The notes under the pieces are model-generated. The model was not told where the DNA came from. It ran no database searches and worked only from the letters and a program-made list of their open reading frames with translations. From NCBI GenBank assembly GCA_963712115.1, contig CAVQGX010000002.1, positions 32,001 to 96,000 on the forward strand: DNA of 64,000 bases. The letters are read 5' to 3'. Source of the stretch: an uncultured delta proteobacterium (lineage in GTDB: Bacteria; Desulfobacterota; Syntrophobacteria; BM002). The position numbers and the translations under genes were made by a program. Below, piece after piece: positions 26,365 through 37,622 of the stretch. Every line of letters begins with the position of its first letter. Positions within the stretch are counted from its first letter, which is position 1.

Positions 26365-27717
26365 ATGGGACTGACTGGAATTCAGATTTTTAAGCTGCTG
26401 CCAAAGACCAACTGCGGCGAATGTGGGGTGCCCACTTGCCTTGCCTTTGCCATGGCCCTGGCATCGGGCAGTGCGGAACTGGACGCCTGCCCCTATGTCT
26501 CCGATGAGGCCAAGGAGCAACTGGCTGCGAGTTCTGCGCCCCCTGTCAGACCTCTTACCGTAGGAACCGGTGACTACGCGGTCAAGGTCGGCGGTGAAAC
26601 TGTTATGTTTCGCCACGAAAAGACCTTCGTGAACAAGCCTGGTCTGGCCGTGTTGGTTACTACCGAGATGGACGATGCCGCAGTAAATGACAAACTCGCA
26701 AAGCTGGACAAGTTCCAGTATGATCGGGTGGGGCTCAATCTGAGGGCGGAAATGGTGGCGATAAAAGACGCCTCGGGTAGTGCCGACTCTTTTGTAGCTC
26801 TGGTCAACAAGGTAAAGGATGCTTCTAAGGCCGCGCTCATTCTGATGAGCGACAATGCGGATGCACTTGCTGCGGGCGTCAAGGCCTGCGCCGACCGCAA
26901 ACCCCTCATCTACGCAGCCACAGAGGACACAGCTGATACACTGGGGGCACTGGCAAAGGAAACAGGTTGTCCTTTGGCAATTAAGAGTAGCAATGGCTAC
27001 GACGGCTTGGTTGCCCTCAGTGACAAGCTCACCGGTATGGGCCTAAAAGATCTGGTACTGGATACCGGTGCCCGCACTGCCAAACAGGCTTTTGAAGACC
27101 ACACAGTTATTCGGCGGGCCGCTGTCAAAAAAATCTTTCGGCCTTTGGGATTTCCCACCATCACCTTTCCCTGTGAGATGGCCGACAACCTCATGGATGA
27201 GACCCTGCTTGCCGCCATGTTCATTGCCAAGTACGCTGGGTTCATTGTAATGAGCGATCTGGAGGCCTACAGCCTTTTCCCGCTTTTGCTGGAACGGCTC
27301 AACATTTACACCGATCCCCAACGGCCCATGACTGCCGAGCAGGGCGTCTACCCCATTGGTAATCCCAACGAGAACTCGCCGGCGCTGGTGACCTGCAACT
27401 TCTCCCTTACCTACTTCATTGTTTCGGGTGAGATCGAAGGAAGCAGGGTGCCGAGCTGGCTGGCCGTTGTGGATACCGAGGGATTGAGTGTGCTCACCGC
27501 CTGGGCCGCAGGCAAATTTACCGGTGAGAGCGTGGGCACTGCCATAAACAAGATGGGTCTTGCTGACAAGATCGCCCACAAGAACTTGATCATTCCCGGT
27601 TATGCGGCAGCGATTAGTGGCGAGCTTGAAGAGGAACTACCGGACTGGAAGATTCTTGTGGGTCCGCGGGAGGCAGCCCACATTCCCAAGTACCTTAAAG
27701 AGTGGAAGCCGGCATAG
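26365..27717 (+). CDS. acsC: Corrinoid iron-sulfur protein large subunit (CODH/ACS gamma)
   Basis: LPKTNCGECGVPTCLAFA Fe-S motif; NIYTDPQRP and GLSVLTAWAAGKF motifs. Confidence 0.98.
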   Translation: MGLTGIQIFKLLPKTNCGECGVPTCLAFAMALASGSAELDACPYVSDEAKEQLAASSAPPVRPLTVGTGDYAVKVGGETVMFRHEKTFVNKPGLAVLVTTEMDDAAVNDKLAKLDKFQYDRVGLNLRAEMVAIKDASGSADSFVALVNKVKDASKAALILMSDNADALAAGVKACADRKPLIYAATEDTADTLGALAKETGCPLAIKSSNGYDGLVALSDKLTGMGLKDLVLDTGARTAKQAFEDHTVIRRAAVKKIFRPLGFPTITFPCEMADNLMDETLLAAMFIAKYAGFIVMSDLEAYSLFPLLLERLNIYTDPQRPMTAEQGVYPIGNPNENSPALVTCNFSLTYFIVSGEIEGSRVPSWLAVVDTEGLSVLTAWAAGKFTGESVGTAINKMGLADKIAHKNLIIPGYAAAISGELEEELPDWKILVGPREAAHIPKYLKEWKPA

Positions 27718-27909
27718 CCTCACATCTGAGTGCATCGAGCTGATACCAATACCTGGTGTCTACGTGGTTCGGGGCCTGAGGGCCCCGGACCTGCTGCCTC
27801 CTAATTTTCTAAAAAACAATCGAGGTGTTCATCTACTGGTAAAGGGCTGGCGAGTTATTGCCAGAGTGCACCACGTCCTAACTTTACTGGTGAAGGGGAA
27901 GGAGGGTTT

Positions 27910-28794
27910 ATGATTCTAATTGGCGAAAATATGAACATTATGAGCATCAAGTATGGTAAGGCTATGAAAGAAAAGGACGCCAAGACCATCCAGGAGCTGG
28001 CAGTCCAAGAGCAAAAAGCCGGGATGGACTACGTTGACCTCAACATTGGCCCAGCAGGCAGGATTGGCGAGGAGTTGATGGAATGGATGGTCAAGACTGT
28101 CCAAGAGGTGGTGGATCTGCCCTGCGCCCTTGACACCTCCAACGTCGCTGCCATAAAGGCAGGGTTGAAGGTGCACAAGGGGAGGGCGCTGGTTAACTCC
28201 ATCTCGGCACGAGAGGACAGGTTAGAGGCCCTGCTGCCGCTCGCCAAAGAGTTTGACGCTGACTTTGTGGGGTTGCTTTGGGGCCCTGAAGGAATGCCTA
28301 GAGACGAACATGAGCGCGGGGCGCTGGCGGAGGTGATCCGGAGCAGTGCTGCGGCAAAAGGCATTTCCATGGAGCGTATCTTTCTGGATCCTATTGTCAC
28401 TCCGGTAAACGTTCAACAAAACCAGGTGATGGCACTCTACAATTTCATGAGAGACTACTACAGTGCGGGTGTTTTCGAAGGGTGCACCTCCACCTGTGGA
28501 CTTTCCAATGTTTCCAACGGACCTCCGGAACACTTGCGGCCCATCCTCAATCAGACATATATGGTTATGCTCAGGCGGTTCGGTATGGGTTCTGCCATCG
28601 TGGACACATTCGACACGGAGCTTCACAAGTTTGCCCGCGGCGAGATGGCGGACATTGAACAACTAGTATACAAAGTGTGTGACGGCGAAGAGGTAGACAT
28701 AAGCAGCCTCAGTAAGGAAGAGGCTGACTATGTTAAGACCGCCCGCGTGCTAATGGGGCACAGCCTCTACTCTGATTCCTGGCTTCAAATCTAG
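27910..28794 (+). CDS. acsE: Methyltetrahydrofolate:corrinoid protein methyltransferase
   Basis: Pterin-binding barrel motifs ILIGEN, DLN, LDT, VNSI, LDP and GLSNVSNG; last gene of the acs operon. Confidence 0.9.
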   Translation: MILIGENMNIMSIKYGKAMKEKDAKTIQELAVQEQKAGMDYVDLNIGPAGRIGEELMEWMVKTVQEVVDLPCALDTSNVAAIKAGLKVHKGRALVNSISAREDRLEALLPLAKEFDADFVGLLWGPEGMPRDEHERGALAEVIRSSAAAKGISMERIFLDPIVTPVNVQQNQVMALYNFMRDYYSAGVFEGCTSTCGLSNVSNGPPEHLRPILNQTYMVMLRRFGMGSAIVDTFDTELHKFARGEMADIEQLVYKVCDGEEVDISSLSKEEADYVKTARVLMGHSLYSDSWLQI

Positions 28795-28815
28795 GACGTA
28801 CCGCCTTTGGAAGAT

Positions 28816-28851
28816 AAAACTCCCTTCCGTGCTTCGGAGGGGAGTTTTTTT
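28816..28851 (+). terminator. acs operon terminator
   Basis: AAAACTCCCTTCCG-TGCTT-CGGAGGGGAGTTTT hairpin followed by a T-run. Confidence 0.85.
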
Positions 28852-29024
28852 ATGAAAAGAGCACAACTGACGCAAAGCGCATAGCGAAAATGATAGTAAA
28901 CGGTAAATGGTAAACGGTGAAGAGTTCGAGACTCATTGCCAAATCCCTTTATCGTTCACCGTTCACTTTTTACCAGACGCTCTGCGCTATCCGTTATTTC
29001 CTTTGTGGTTTAAAAAGCAGGGAA

Positions 29025-29726
29025 CTACTCTGGTTTGTACGGTGGGAGGGTTTGCTTCATCTGTTCTAGGTTTTTGCGGTAAGATAGGAAGGCTTGAAGG
29101 AGAGAGTCCCGTTCCACCACGGCATAGCGATCCGGCCCGCGGCTCCAAAGAAGTTTAAGTTCGAGCTTATTCTGATAAAATATAACCCCATCGTCGGTGG
29201 GGTGGGAAAGGATGAATTTCTTCTCCTTTGGGGTGGTGGCCAGATGATGCTCAGCAGCAAAGAAAAAGAGGGCAGCTGCGGGTAGGGAGAAAAATCGATA
29301 TTCCGGGCCAAATTTATTCCAGGGTGCGCTTTCGATGTTGTAGATTACAGTTGAACCGTTAGGGGGTATCTCAACGGTCAGGGCTGCTTGAATCTGGATG
29401 GAGAGAGGATTTGCAGTCAAGTCGGGTCTTTGTTCGATACACTCGGCCAGCAACTGAGAGAAATCAGCAAGACGGGTCAGCAACAAGAAGGTTTTTTCCG
29501 AACTACTTTCATGTCTCCGGAGGAGTTCCCAGACAAAAGGACGGCGGTACCATTCAAGTTTATGCAATAGCTCCCAAGCCTCCAAATCCCAGTCGGAAAA
29601 TAGTCGGCTGTTGTGCAAATCCAAAGGAGCGATGGTGGCAGGGACCAGAAACTTTTTTGCCCGGTTAAGGACAACAAAGGTATCTTGCCTAGGTAATGGA
29701 GAGACGAGTCCAGTGTTAGAGGTCAT
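29025..29726 (-). CDS. Hypothetical protein, possibly a remote GNAT-fold acetyltransferase
   Basis: 233-aa ORF with DWD and IESAPWN motifs and a C-terminal G-x-x-FY; start uncertain. Confidence 0.6.
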   Translation of the reverse strand: MTSNTGLVSPLPRQDTFVVLNRAKKFLVPATIAPLDLHNSRLFSDWDLEAWELLHKLEWYRRPFVWELLRRHESSSEKTFLLLTRLADFSQLLAECIEQRPDLTANPLSIQIQAALTVEIPPNGSTVIYNIESAPWNKFGPEYRFFSLPAAALFFFAAEHHLATTPKEKKFILSHPTDDGVIFYQNKLELKLLWSRGPDRYAVVERDSLLQAFLSYRKNLEQMKQTLPPYKPE

Positions 29727-30486
29727 ATACCATCCAGATTACGAAAATGATTTTTCGCCCGGAACCATTGAGGCACCCCAGCGAATCAAGGCTATCCGGG
29801 GTAGTCTACAGAAATATGAGCCTTTTATCAAACCTCAACCGGCTTCTGAAGCAGACCTATATCTGGTTCACGAACCGGCCATGGTGGCAAGGATTAGAAG
29901 TAGAAGGCTACTGTTGCAGGCAGTCTTATTCGCGGTGGGCGGGGCAATTGACTGTGCCAAATTGGCATTGAGCAACAGGCCTGCTTTTGGACTTGTGCGA
30001 CCTCCAGGCCACCACGCAGACCAGAGCGGATCGTGGGGATTCTGTTATGTGAACAATTTGGCCATTGCCGTCAGAAAGATACGTCAGGAATTCGATGTTC
30101 GCTGGGTTTATATCATTGACTTGGACCATCACGTGGGAGACGGCACCCAGCGAATTTTTGCATATGATTCACAAGTTTCAGTGATGAATGTCTCGGCCGT
30201 AGAACGAGAGAAGTATCTGGAAAAGGTGCAGCACGTCTTACAAGTTATCAGGAAAACCGAGCTGCTGGCGGTTTCAATGGGTTTTGATACCTATGAAAAG
30301 GATCTTGGCGGGTTGTTGAAAACTGAGGACTACAGACTCTTGGGTTCTTGGCTGCGTCAGGCCTCCGAGAGGCTTTGCAATGGGAGGCGGTTTGCCTTGC
30401 TCGAGGGGGGATACTATCTTCCGGACCTAGGGAAGAATGTCCTGGCTTTTTGTGAAGGTTTCGCCGGCGAGACTGGCGAGACGTGA
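29713..30486 (+). CDS. Zn-dependent deacetylase (HDAC/AcuC family)
   Basis: RPPGHHA, GFCYVNN, DLDHHVGDGT, GFD and LLEGGY motifs; probable GTG start at 29713. Confidence 0.93.
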   Translation: MLEVIYHPDYENDFSPGTIEAPQRIKAIRGSLQKYEPFIKPQPASEADLYLVHEPAMVARIRSRRLLLQAVLFAVGGAIDCAKLALSNRPAFGLVRPPGHHADQSGSWGFCYVNNLAIAVRKIRQEFDVRWVYIIDLDHHVGDGTQRIFAYDSQVSVMNVSAVEREKYLEKVQHVLQVIRKTELLAVSMGFDTYEKDLGGLLKTEDYRLLGSWLRQASERLCNGRRFALLEGGYYLPDLGKNVLAFCEGFAGETGET

Positions 30487-30652
30487 GGTCGGGCGAGAGG
30501 GGTAAAGATTCAATTTTGCTGCCAACTATCTGCCAATTTCATAATATAGTGGGGCAGCAACAAGCTAAAGATGAAACGCGGCGTAATTTGGCCCATGGAA
30601 GTGTGAATGATTCATCCATTCAAAATTACTGCCAAAAAGAGGGAGTGCGCAA

Positions 30653-31582
30653 ATGATACGCTTGAGACGGTCGGTACTCTCTGTACCGGGTAGCAGTGAG
30701 AAAATGATGAGTAAAGCATTAGCACTGCCTGCGGATGAAATTATGCTGGATTTGGAGGACGGGGTTGCCCTGGAGGAAAAGGAAGAAGCACGGACAAAAG
30801 TCATCCGGTACTTCATTGATTACGATTGGGGGGGACGGGTTCGGGCTTTTAGAATCAACGGCCTGGATACTCCCTTTGCCTATCGAGACATAATCGACGT
30901 CGTTGAACAGGCGGGAGCGAGTATTGATGTCTTGGTTATCCCCAAGGTGGAAAAGGCTGCTGATGTACAGTTTGTAGATCTGCTTGTGAGTCAAATTGAA
31001 CTGAGGATGGGGCTGGAAAAGAGAATTGGTCTTGAGGCATCCATAGAGACGGCCTTGGGAATGCTGAACGTCAAGGAGATAGCCTTTGCCAGCCCCCGTC
31101 TGGAAGCGCTGGTTTTTGGCATAGCTGATTATGGTGCGTCTCTCACCATGCCCAGCGCCGGCGTAAGCGGGCATGGCGATGCGGAGGAAAAATATCCAGG
31201 ACACCGCTGGCATTTTCCCTTGAGCCGCATGGTAATGGCAGCAAAGGCTGCGGGACTGGCGGCCATTGACGCACCCTTTGGGGACTTCGAGGATCTGGCA
31301 GGCCTGAAGAGATCGTGTCAAATTGCCGCCTCACTGGGCTACGACGGCAAATGGGCTATTCATCCCGCCCAACTCGAAATTGTAAATAAAACCTTCACCC
31401 CTAGTGACGACGACATCAACCTGGCCCGACGAATCTTGCAAGCCTATAAAGAAGCCGAAGCCGCTGGGGAGGGAGCCACGGCTTTGGATGGAAAGATGGT
31501 GGATGGGGGTTCAATCCGCCTGGCCCAAGTGACATACGAAAAGGCTAGAAGGTTGGGGCTGGTGGAGGAGGAAAGCGGATAG
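30653..31582 (+). CDS. CitE/malyl-CoA lyase-like CoA ester lyase
   Basis: RRSVLSVPG, LDLEDGV, IPKVE, FGIADY and GKWAIHPAQ motifs. Confidence 0.92.
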   Translation: MIRLRRSVLSVPGSSEKMMSKALALPADEIMLDLEDGVALEEKEEARTKVIRYFIDYDWGGRVRAFRINGLDTPFAYRDIIDVVEQAGASIDVLVIPKVEKAADVQFVDLLVSQIELRMGLEKRIGLEASIETALGMLNVKEIAFASPRLEALVFGIADYGASLTMPSAGVSGHGDAEEKYPGHRWHFPLSRMVMAAKAAGLAAIDAPFGDFEDLAGLKRSCQIAASLGYDGKWAIHPAQLEIVNKTFTPSDDDINLARRILQAYKEAEAAGEGATALDGKMVDGGSIRLAQVTYEKARRLGLVEEESG

Positions 31583-31891
31583 CGCTTTGGAAATTTCGGA
31601 TTTCGGATTTGAAAAGACAAAGAGCATAGAGCATGGGGCATGGAGCATAGGGCAGAATTGTGGATTGAGAAATTATCAGGGACTTTTTCCTTTGGACTTT
31701 CGAATGTCGAACCGCAGAACAAGGAACCGCAGAAGTGTGTAATGATCACTTCGATATTCGAAATTCCTTGTTCGACATTCTGCGGTTCGAGGTACTATCT
31801 GCCAAGATCTGTGCAAAAATCGTATAGCGTACAAAGTGGTTTAGCCCCCCATCGCGGCTAAAAGCCGCTCCCACAGAACATATTAATCATC

Positions 31892-31946
31892 TTGACATAG
31901 CCTGTGCCCTGTGCTAAAAATTAGAGCTGACTGAGCGCTCGTTCAG
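31892..31946 (+). promoter_or_regulatory. Sigma70 promoter with imperfect palindromic operator CTGACTGAGCGCTCGTTCAG (31927-31946)
   Basis: TTGACA at 31892; an identical operator lies on the minus strand at 55414-55433. Confidence 0.8.
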
Positions 31947-32093
31947 TAAGAGCTAGGAGCTCTCCGCCTAGCGTCATTAGGTCATTACGCTTCGCTGTCA
32001 TTTGTTGTCACTATGTCGTTACGATGAGTGACCATGAATGACGGCGAAGGCAATGACTTTTGACCATAAAAGTTTGACGATGAGACGTTCGCC

Positions 32094-32738
32094 ATGGAAA
32101 AAGATCTTTCCTTGCTAAAGGATGTTCCCACCCAGGTGAAGGACCTGGAGCTGGTGAAACGGCGACGGCGGCAGATAGTGGATGCTGCCGTAGCTTTGTT
32201 CATCAAAAAGGGTTTCCACAAGACAACTACTCGGGAGATAGCTCAGAGGGCAGGGTTATCTATTGGCTCGGTCTACGAGTATGTATCTACCAAAGAGGAC
32301 GTACTCTACCTGGTCTGCGACGTAATTCACGCCGAAGCGGAACGACAGATCAGCGAAGCCCTGGCAAGAACAAAAGGCGGCCGGGAAACTATTGCAGAGG
32401 TAATCAGAGAGTACTTCTTGGTGTGCCACCGGATGAGTGACCATATATTGTTGGTCTACCAGGAAACCCAGTCTCTACCGAGCCGTTGGCGCAAGAAGGT
32501 ATTGGAAAACGAAGTCAGGTTTACCGGTATCTTCAAAGGAGTGCTGGAAAGGTTGGTGGCGGCCGGGGAGTTGCCTGGACTGGAGGATAAAATCTTGGAT
32601 TTGTTGGCCCACAATATCACGGTTTTGGGGCACATGTGGACTTTCAGACGCTGGTTTCTCAGACGCCAATACGACATTGAGGAGTATATAACCATCCAGA
32701 CAGCTCTGATTTGCGGGGAACTGTTTGGACAGAGGTAA
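32094..32738 (+). CDS. TetR/AcrR family transcriptional regulator
   Basis: N-terminal HTH: LFIKKGFHKTTTREIAQRAGLSIGSVYEY. Confidence 0.95.
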   Translation: MEKDLSLLKDVPTQVKDLELVKRRRRQIVDAAVALFIKKGFHKTTTREIAQRAGLSIGSVYEYVSTKEDVLYLVCDVIHAEAERQISEALARTKGGRETIAEVIREYFLVCHRMSDHILLVYQETQSLPSRWRKKVLENEVRFTGIFKGVLERLVAAGELPGLEDKILDLLAHNITVLGHMWTFRRWFLRRQYDIEEYITIQTALICGELFGQR

Positions 32739-32805
32739 AGAGTTCGGAATTGGTTCATCCATTTCAATTTCGAGCACATTAAGATAGTGTTTTCTTCTGC
32801 CACTC

Positions 32806-32948
32806 CCTAGGAATAATGGAATTTTGGAATGATGGAATAATGGGTCGAAAAGAGGAAAAGTCCTTATTAATTGTTAGTCTTCCTCTAGTCCCATTCTTCC
32901 AGTTTTCCATTATTCCAATCTTCCATGTGCGTAGTGAAGCGAAGCTAG
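32806..32948. repeat. Second copy of the inverted 8-mer palindromic element
   Basis: Homologous to 5229-5373, including the AAAAGAGGAA and GTGAAGCGAA segments. Confidence 0.8.
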
Positions 32949-32957
32949 GAGAGCGAG

Positions 32958-35900
32958 ATGAAGGCAAAGACTAGGGTTTACAAACCCAAGTGTGCCATTC
33001 GGGTGGTGACGGCCACATCTCTCTTCGATGGCCATGATGCAGCGATAAATATTATGAGGCGTATTCTCCAGGCCAGTGGAGTGGAGGTGATCCACCTGGG
33101 GCACAATCGCTCGGTTAACGAAATTGTCGACACCGCAATAGAGGAAGACGCCCAGGGAATTGCCGTCTCCTCTTATCAAGGCGGGCATCTTGAGTTCTTC
33201 AAATATATGGTTGATCTGCTAAGGGAAAGAGGTGTACCCCAGATAAAGGTTTTTGGCGGCGGTGGCGGTGTTATTTTGCCCGATGAAGTCCGGGAGCTGG
33301 AGGCTTATGGGGTGGAGAGAATTTACTCTCCCGAAGATGGGGTTAACCTTGGTCTGCAAGGCATTATCAACGATCTCATCAAGCGAATCGACTTTCCCAC
33401 GGTGGAAGATGGAGCCGACCTCGAAATTGAGCAGTTAAGCCCGAGGAACAAACCTCTGGTGGCGAAGCTTATAAGCGCCATGGAACTGGCCAAAGCAAAG
33501 GGTGACGGCCACCGGGCTGGACTCAGGTCTCTAATTAGGCAGAGGCTCGAGGAGCGAATAACTCCAGTAGTAGGGATCACCGGTACAGGCGGGGCGGGGA
33601 AGTCATCTCTAACGGACGAACTGATCCTAAGATTCTTACACGATTTCAAAGATATGAATATTGGTGTCTTAAGTACCGATCCCTCTCGTCGCAGAACAGG
33701 CGGCGCCCTCCTGGGAGATCGCATCAGGATGAATTCCATCGGCACCGAACGGGTTTACATGCGCTCCCTTGCCACCCGCAAATCCAGAACCGAATTGTCA
33801 GAGGCCCTGGAGGATGCCGTGGAGGTGCTCAAGGCTGCAGGTTACGACCTAGTGATCGCAGAAACCGCAGGCATTGGCCAGGGAGCTACAGAAATTGTTG
33901 ATCTAGTAGACTTGTCTATGTATGTGATGACGCCCGAGTTCGGTGCTCCCTCTCAGCTGGAAAAGATTGACATGCTTGATTTTGCCGATTTGATCGTGGT
34001 GAACAAGTATGAGAAGCGGGGTGGCGACGACGCTGTTCGTGAGGTGCGAAGGCAGGTGAAGCGCAACCGCGAAGAATGGAGCCGTGGGCCGGAAGAAATG
34101 CCGGTATTCGGTACCATCGCCTCCAAGTTCAACGATGATGGTGTAACAGCACTCTACCAGGTGCTCCTGGATGTGATGGCTGAAAAGACCGGGATACGCT
34201 TTGAATCAAAACTTCCGCGGCCACAGAACCACATATCCACTTCCAAGACCATCATCGTCCCACCGGAGCGCACCAGGTACTTGGCCGAGATTGCGGAGAC
34301 GGTTAGGGCCTACCACGGTCACACGATTGAACAGGCCGAGGCGGTGCGGCACAAATGGCATCTCCGGCATGCGGCTGCAGCAGTGGCAGAGGGTGATGAG
34401 TTGAAGGATACCGGAGTTGTCCTGGCCAGGTTGAAAGAGGAACTAGCCAAGACAGAGCGGGCCCTGGACGAAGAGACTCACCAACTCCTGGAAGAGTGGC
34501 CCAAAATTATAGAGGCCTACAAAGGGGATGAATTTGTCTACCAAGTGCGAGAACGGGAGTACAGGGTTCCCTTATATACCGAATCCTTGTCCAGACAGAA
34601 AATCCCCAGGGTTCTACTGCCCAAGTACAAAGATCCAGGGGAGATATACCGGTGGCTAAGGGAAGAGAATGTGCCCGGCCGCTTTCCTTACACCGCAGGG
34701 GTTTTCCCCTTTAAGAGGACTGATGAGGAACCAACTCGGATGTTTGCCGGCGAGGGTGATCCGGCGAGAACCAACCGTCGTTTCAAATTGCTTTCGGAAC
34801 ACCACGAGGCCAAACGGCTGTCCACTGCCTTCGATTCGGTTACCTTGTATGGCTATGATCCCGACGAGAGGCCGGACATCTATGGCAAGGTGGGCACCTC
34901 TGGGGTTAGTGTCTGTAGTTTGGATGATATGAAGGTGCTCTACGACGGCTTTGACCTCTGCGGGCCCAACACCTCGGTTTCTATGACCATAAACGGGCCG
35001 GCGCCTATCATTCTGGCGATGTTCTTGAACAGCGCAATCGACCAGCAGGTGGAAAAATTCAAAGCGGAACAAGGTCGGGAACCTGATGAAGATGAATACC
35101 AGCAGATTAGAGCTTATGTGTTCCAAACCGTACGAGGCACCGTACAGGCAGATATTCTCAAGGAAGACCAGGGGCAAAATACCTGCATCTTTTCCATCGA
35201 CTTTAGCTTGAAAATGATGGGTGATATCCAGGAGTTTTTTATAGAAAACAAGGTGTCCAATTTCTACTCAGTGTCTATCTCCGGGTACCACATTGCCGAG
35301 GCTGGGGCCAACCCTATCAGCCAATTGGCATTTACTCTGGCCAACGGCTTTACTTACGTGGAGTATTACCTCTCCCGTGGGATGGAACTAGACAACTTTG
35401 CTCCAAATTTGTCTTTTTTCTTCTCTAATGGCATGGAGCCTGAGTACTCTGTGATCGGCCGGGTTGCCAGGCGTATCTGGGCCATTGCCATGCGAGAAAT
35501 GTATGGTGGTTCTTCCCGTTCGCAAATGCTCAAATACCACATCCAGACCTCGGGGCGCTCGCTTCACAGTCAGGAAATCCAGCTAAACGATATCCGCACC
35601 ACCCTACAGGCTTTGGTTGGCATCTACGACAACTGCAATAGCCTTCATACTAACGCCTATGACGAAGCCATTACTACCCCTACCCCAGAGTCGGTGAGAA
35701 GAGCCCTGGCCATTCAGCTTATCATTAACCGAGAGTGGGGGCTGGCCAAGATAGAAAACGTGAATCAAGGAAGCTTTGTTCTCGAGGAACTGACCAAGCT
35801 AGTGGAAGAAGCGGTACTCATGGAATTTGATCGGCTTACGGAGCGCGGTGGGGTGCTAGGCGCTATGGAGACCGGCTATCAGCGCAGCAAGATTCAAGAG

Positions 35901-36239
35901 GAGTCTCTCTACTACGAGACTCTGAAGCACAGTGGCGAGTTACCCATCATAGGTGTCAACACCTTTCGCAATCCAGAGGGTGAGCAGGAGCAAACTACTT
36001 CGTCCTTGGAGCTTGCCCGAGCCACCGAAGAAGAGAAAAGGTCACAACTAAACCGTTTAAGGGAGTTTCAGCAGCGACATGCTAAGGAGGCTCCAGCTGC
36101 TCTCGAGCGCTTACAACAGGTGGCCCTGGGGGGAGAGAATATATTTGCCGAGCTGATGAACACGGTTCGGTACTGTAGCTTGGGACAGATAACCCAGGCA
36201 CTGTTCGATGTTGGGGGTAAATACCGACGCAACATGTAA
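32958..36239 (+). CDS. icmF: Fused isobutyryl-CoA mutase / MeaI GTPase
   Basis: B12-binding DGHD..SSYQGGH, then GTGGAGKSS GTPase, then the mutase barrel ([19 protein letters not shown]); 1093 aa. Confidence 0.96.
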   Translation: MKAKTRVYKPKCAIRVVTATSLFDGHDAAINIMRRILQASGVEVIHLGHNRSVNEIVDTAIEEDAQGIAVSSYQGGHLEFFKYMVDLLRERGVPQIKVFGGGGGVILPDEVRELEAYGVERIYSPEDGVNLGLQGIINDLIKRIDFPTVEDGADLEIEQLSPRNKPLVAKLISAMELAKAKGDGHRAGLRSLIRQRLEERITPVVGITGTGGAGKSSLTDELILRFLHDFKDMNIGVLSTDPSRRRTGGALLGDRIRMNSIGTERVYMRSLATRKSRTELSEALEDAVEVLKAAGYDLVIAETAGIGQGATEIVDLVDLSMYVMTPEFGAPSQLEKIDMLDFADLIVVNKYEKRGGDDAVREVRRQVKRNREEWSRGPEEMPVFGTIASKFNDDGVTALYQVLLDVMAEKTGIRFESKLPRPQNHISTSKTIIVPPERTRYLAEIAETVRAYHGHTIEQAEAVRHKWHLRHAAAAVAEGDELKDTGVVLARLKEELAKTERALDEETHQLLEEWPKIIEAYKGDEFVYQVREREYRVPLYTESLSRQKIPRVLLPKYKDPGEIYRWLREENVPGRFPYTAGVFPFKRTDEEPTRMFAGEGDPARTNRRFKLLSEHHEAKRLSTAFDSVTLYGYDPDERPDIYGKVGTSGVSVCSLDDMKVLYDGFDLCGPNTSVSMTINGPAPIILAMFLNSAIDQQVEKFKAEQGREPDEDEYQQIRAYVFQTVRGTVQADILKEDQGQNTCIFSIDFSLKMMGDIQEFFIENKVSNFYSVSISGYHIAEAGANPISQLAFTLANGFTYVEYYLSRGMELDNFAPNLSFFFSNGMEPEYSVIGRVARRIWAIAMREMYGGSSRSQMLKYHIQTSGRSLHSQEIQLNDIRTTLQALVGIYDNCNSLHTNAYDEAITTPTPESVRRALAIQLIINREWGLAKIENVNQGSFVLEELTKLVEEAVLMEFDRLTERGGVLGAMETGYQRSKIQEESLYYETLKHSGELPIIGVNTFRNPEGEQEQTTSSLELARATEEEKRSQLNRLREFQQRHAKEAPAALERLQQVALGGENIFAELMNTVRYCSLGQITQALFDVGGKYRRNM

Positions 36240-36452
36240 CGACGCGCAGAGCGCATAGGGTGAGGAGACAGAAGTCAGGAGCCAGTAGCCAGAATCCATT
36301 AGACAAAGGGCATAGAGCATATAATGCTGCAGCACTAGGTTGGAGGAGGGGCCCTCCGGGCCTCTAGGTTGGAGGCAGTATATTTTTGCCTCAAACCTCA
36401 AGCGGAGCGATCCTCAAACCTCCAGCCGCGATGCGCAGCAGCGAGGCGGAGC

Positions 36453-37607
36453 ATGCTATTTGAACTGAGCGAGGAAGAAAAGCTGATTCGAGCGGCGGCT
36501 GTGCGATTCGCCAAACACCAGCTTGAGCCTGTGGCGGCAGAGTTGGATCGCACTAAGGATCGGGACATCCTGCTTACAAACCTTAAGAAGCTGGCCGAAC
36601 TGGGTTTCATGGGCGTAAATATCCAGGCTGAATATGGGGGAACCGATAGTAACTCAGTGGCCCTGAGCCTGGTCTTGACAGAACTGGGTCGGGCTTGTGC
36701 CTCCACTGCCGTGACCACCTCGGTTACCAATCTTGTGGCTGAGGTGATTCAGTCAATGGGGAGCGAAAAACAGAAACAAAAGTATTTGCCCAAAGTGTGC
36801 AAAGGGGAATATGCTGCTGGTGGCTTCGCCTTAACTGAGCCTATGGCCGGATCAGACCCCTCCTCCATTTCCACCACAGCAGTGCTCCAGGGCGAGGACT
36901 GGATTATCAATGGCCGGAAAGTTTTCATCACTAGCGGGGAGTATGCCGGGATTTTTATTATATGGGCTGTAGTTGACAAGGACGCCCCCAAAGGTGAAGG
37001 GATCGCCGCTTTTTTGGTGGAACCAGAGTTTCCAGGTTTTACCGTGGGCAAAGACGAAGAGAAGATGGGGCAGATAGGCGCCGCTACCAACGAACTCATT
37101 ATGGAAGACTGTCGGGTGCCCCGAGAAAACCTCTTGGGCGAAGTGAGCAATGGCTATCGCATAGCGGTTTCAGAATTGGCTGGAGGGCGGATCGGCATTG
37201 GCTCTGTGGCCTTGGGCATAGGGTTGGCGGCGATGGATTATGCCAAGGAATACGCCAAGGAACGAGTACAGTTTGGACAGCCCATTGCCAGGTACCAAGC
37301 GATTCAATGGATGTTGGCCGATCGCTATACTGAATTGGAAGCGGCAAGACTCCTCTTGCTGCAGGCAGCTCATTTGAAAGACCAAGGCAGGAATTTTATG
37401 AAAACGGCTTCAATGGCCAAACTTTTTGCTAGCGAGGCGGCAAATCGGGCCTGTTATGATGCCGTGCAAATTCTAGGGGGTTACGGCTACTCTCGCGAAT
37501 ACCCCCTGGAGCGAATGGCCAGAGATGTGCGAGTTTGCACGATTTACGAGGGCACTAGTGAGATTCAGCGGCTGATAATTGCTCGCGAATTGTTGCTCGA
37601 ACAATAG
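36453..37607 (+). CDS. Acyl-CoA dehydrogenase (butyryl-CoA dehydrogenase-like)
   Basis: FALTEP-AGSD, R-QFG, QILGGYGY and IYEGTSEIQR motifs; ATG 36453 after GGAG. Confidence 0.95.
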   Translation: MLFELSEEEKLIRAAAVRFAKHQLEPVAAELDRTKDRDILLTNLKKLAELGFMGVNIQAEYGGTDSNSVALSLVLTELGRACASTAVTTSVTNLVAEVIQSMGSEKQKQKYLPKVCKGEYAAGGFALTEPMAGSDPSSISTTAVLQGEDWIINGRKVFITSGEYAGIFIIWAVVDKDAPKGEGIAAFLVEPEFPGFTVGKDEEKMGQIGAATNELIMEDCRVPRENLLGEVSNGYRIAVSELAGGRIGIGSVALGIGLAAMDYAKEYAKERVQFGQPIARYQAIQWMLADRYTELEAARLLLLQAAHLKDQGRNFMKTASMAKLFASEAANRACYDAVQILGGYGYSREYPLERMARDVRVCTIYEGTSEIQRLIIARELLLEQ

Positions 37608-37622
37608 AAGGGTAGGCGTGTC

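Noticed and set aside
27766-27791. Strong hairpin between acsC and acsE as a riboswitch or terminator
   Set aside because: A single GC stem with no U-tract and no aptamer motif; probably an mRNA stability element.
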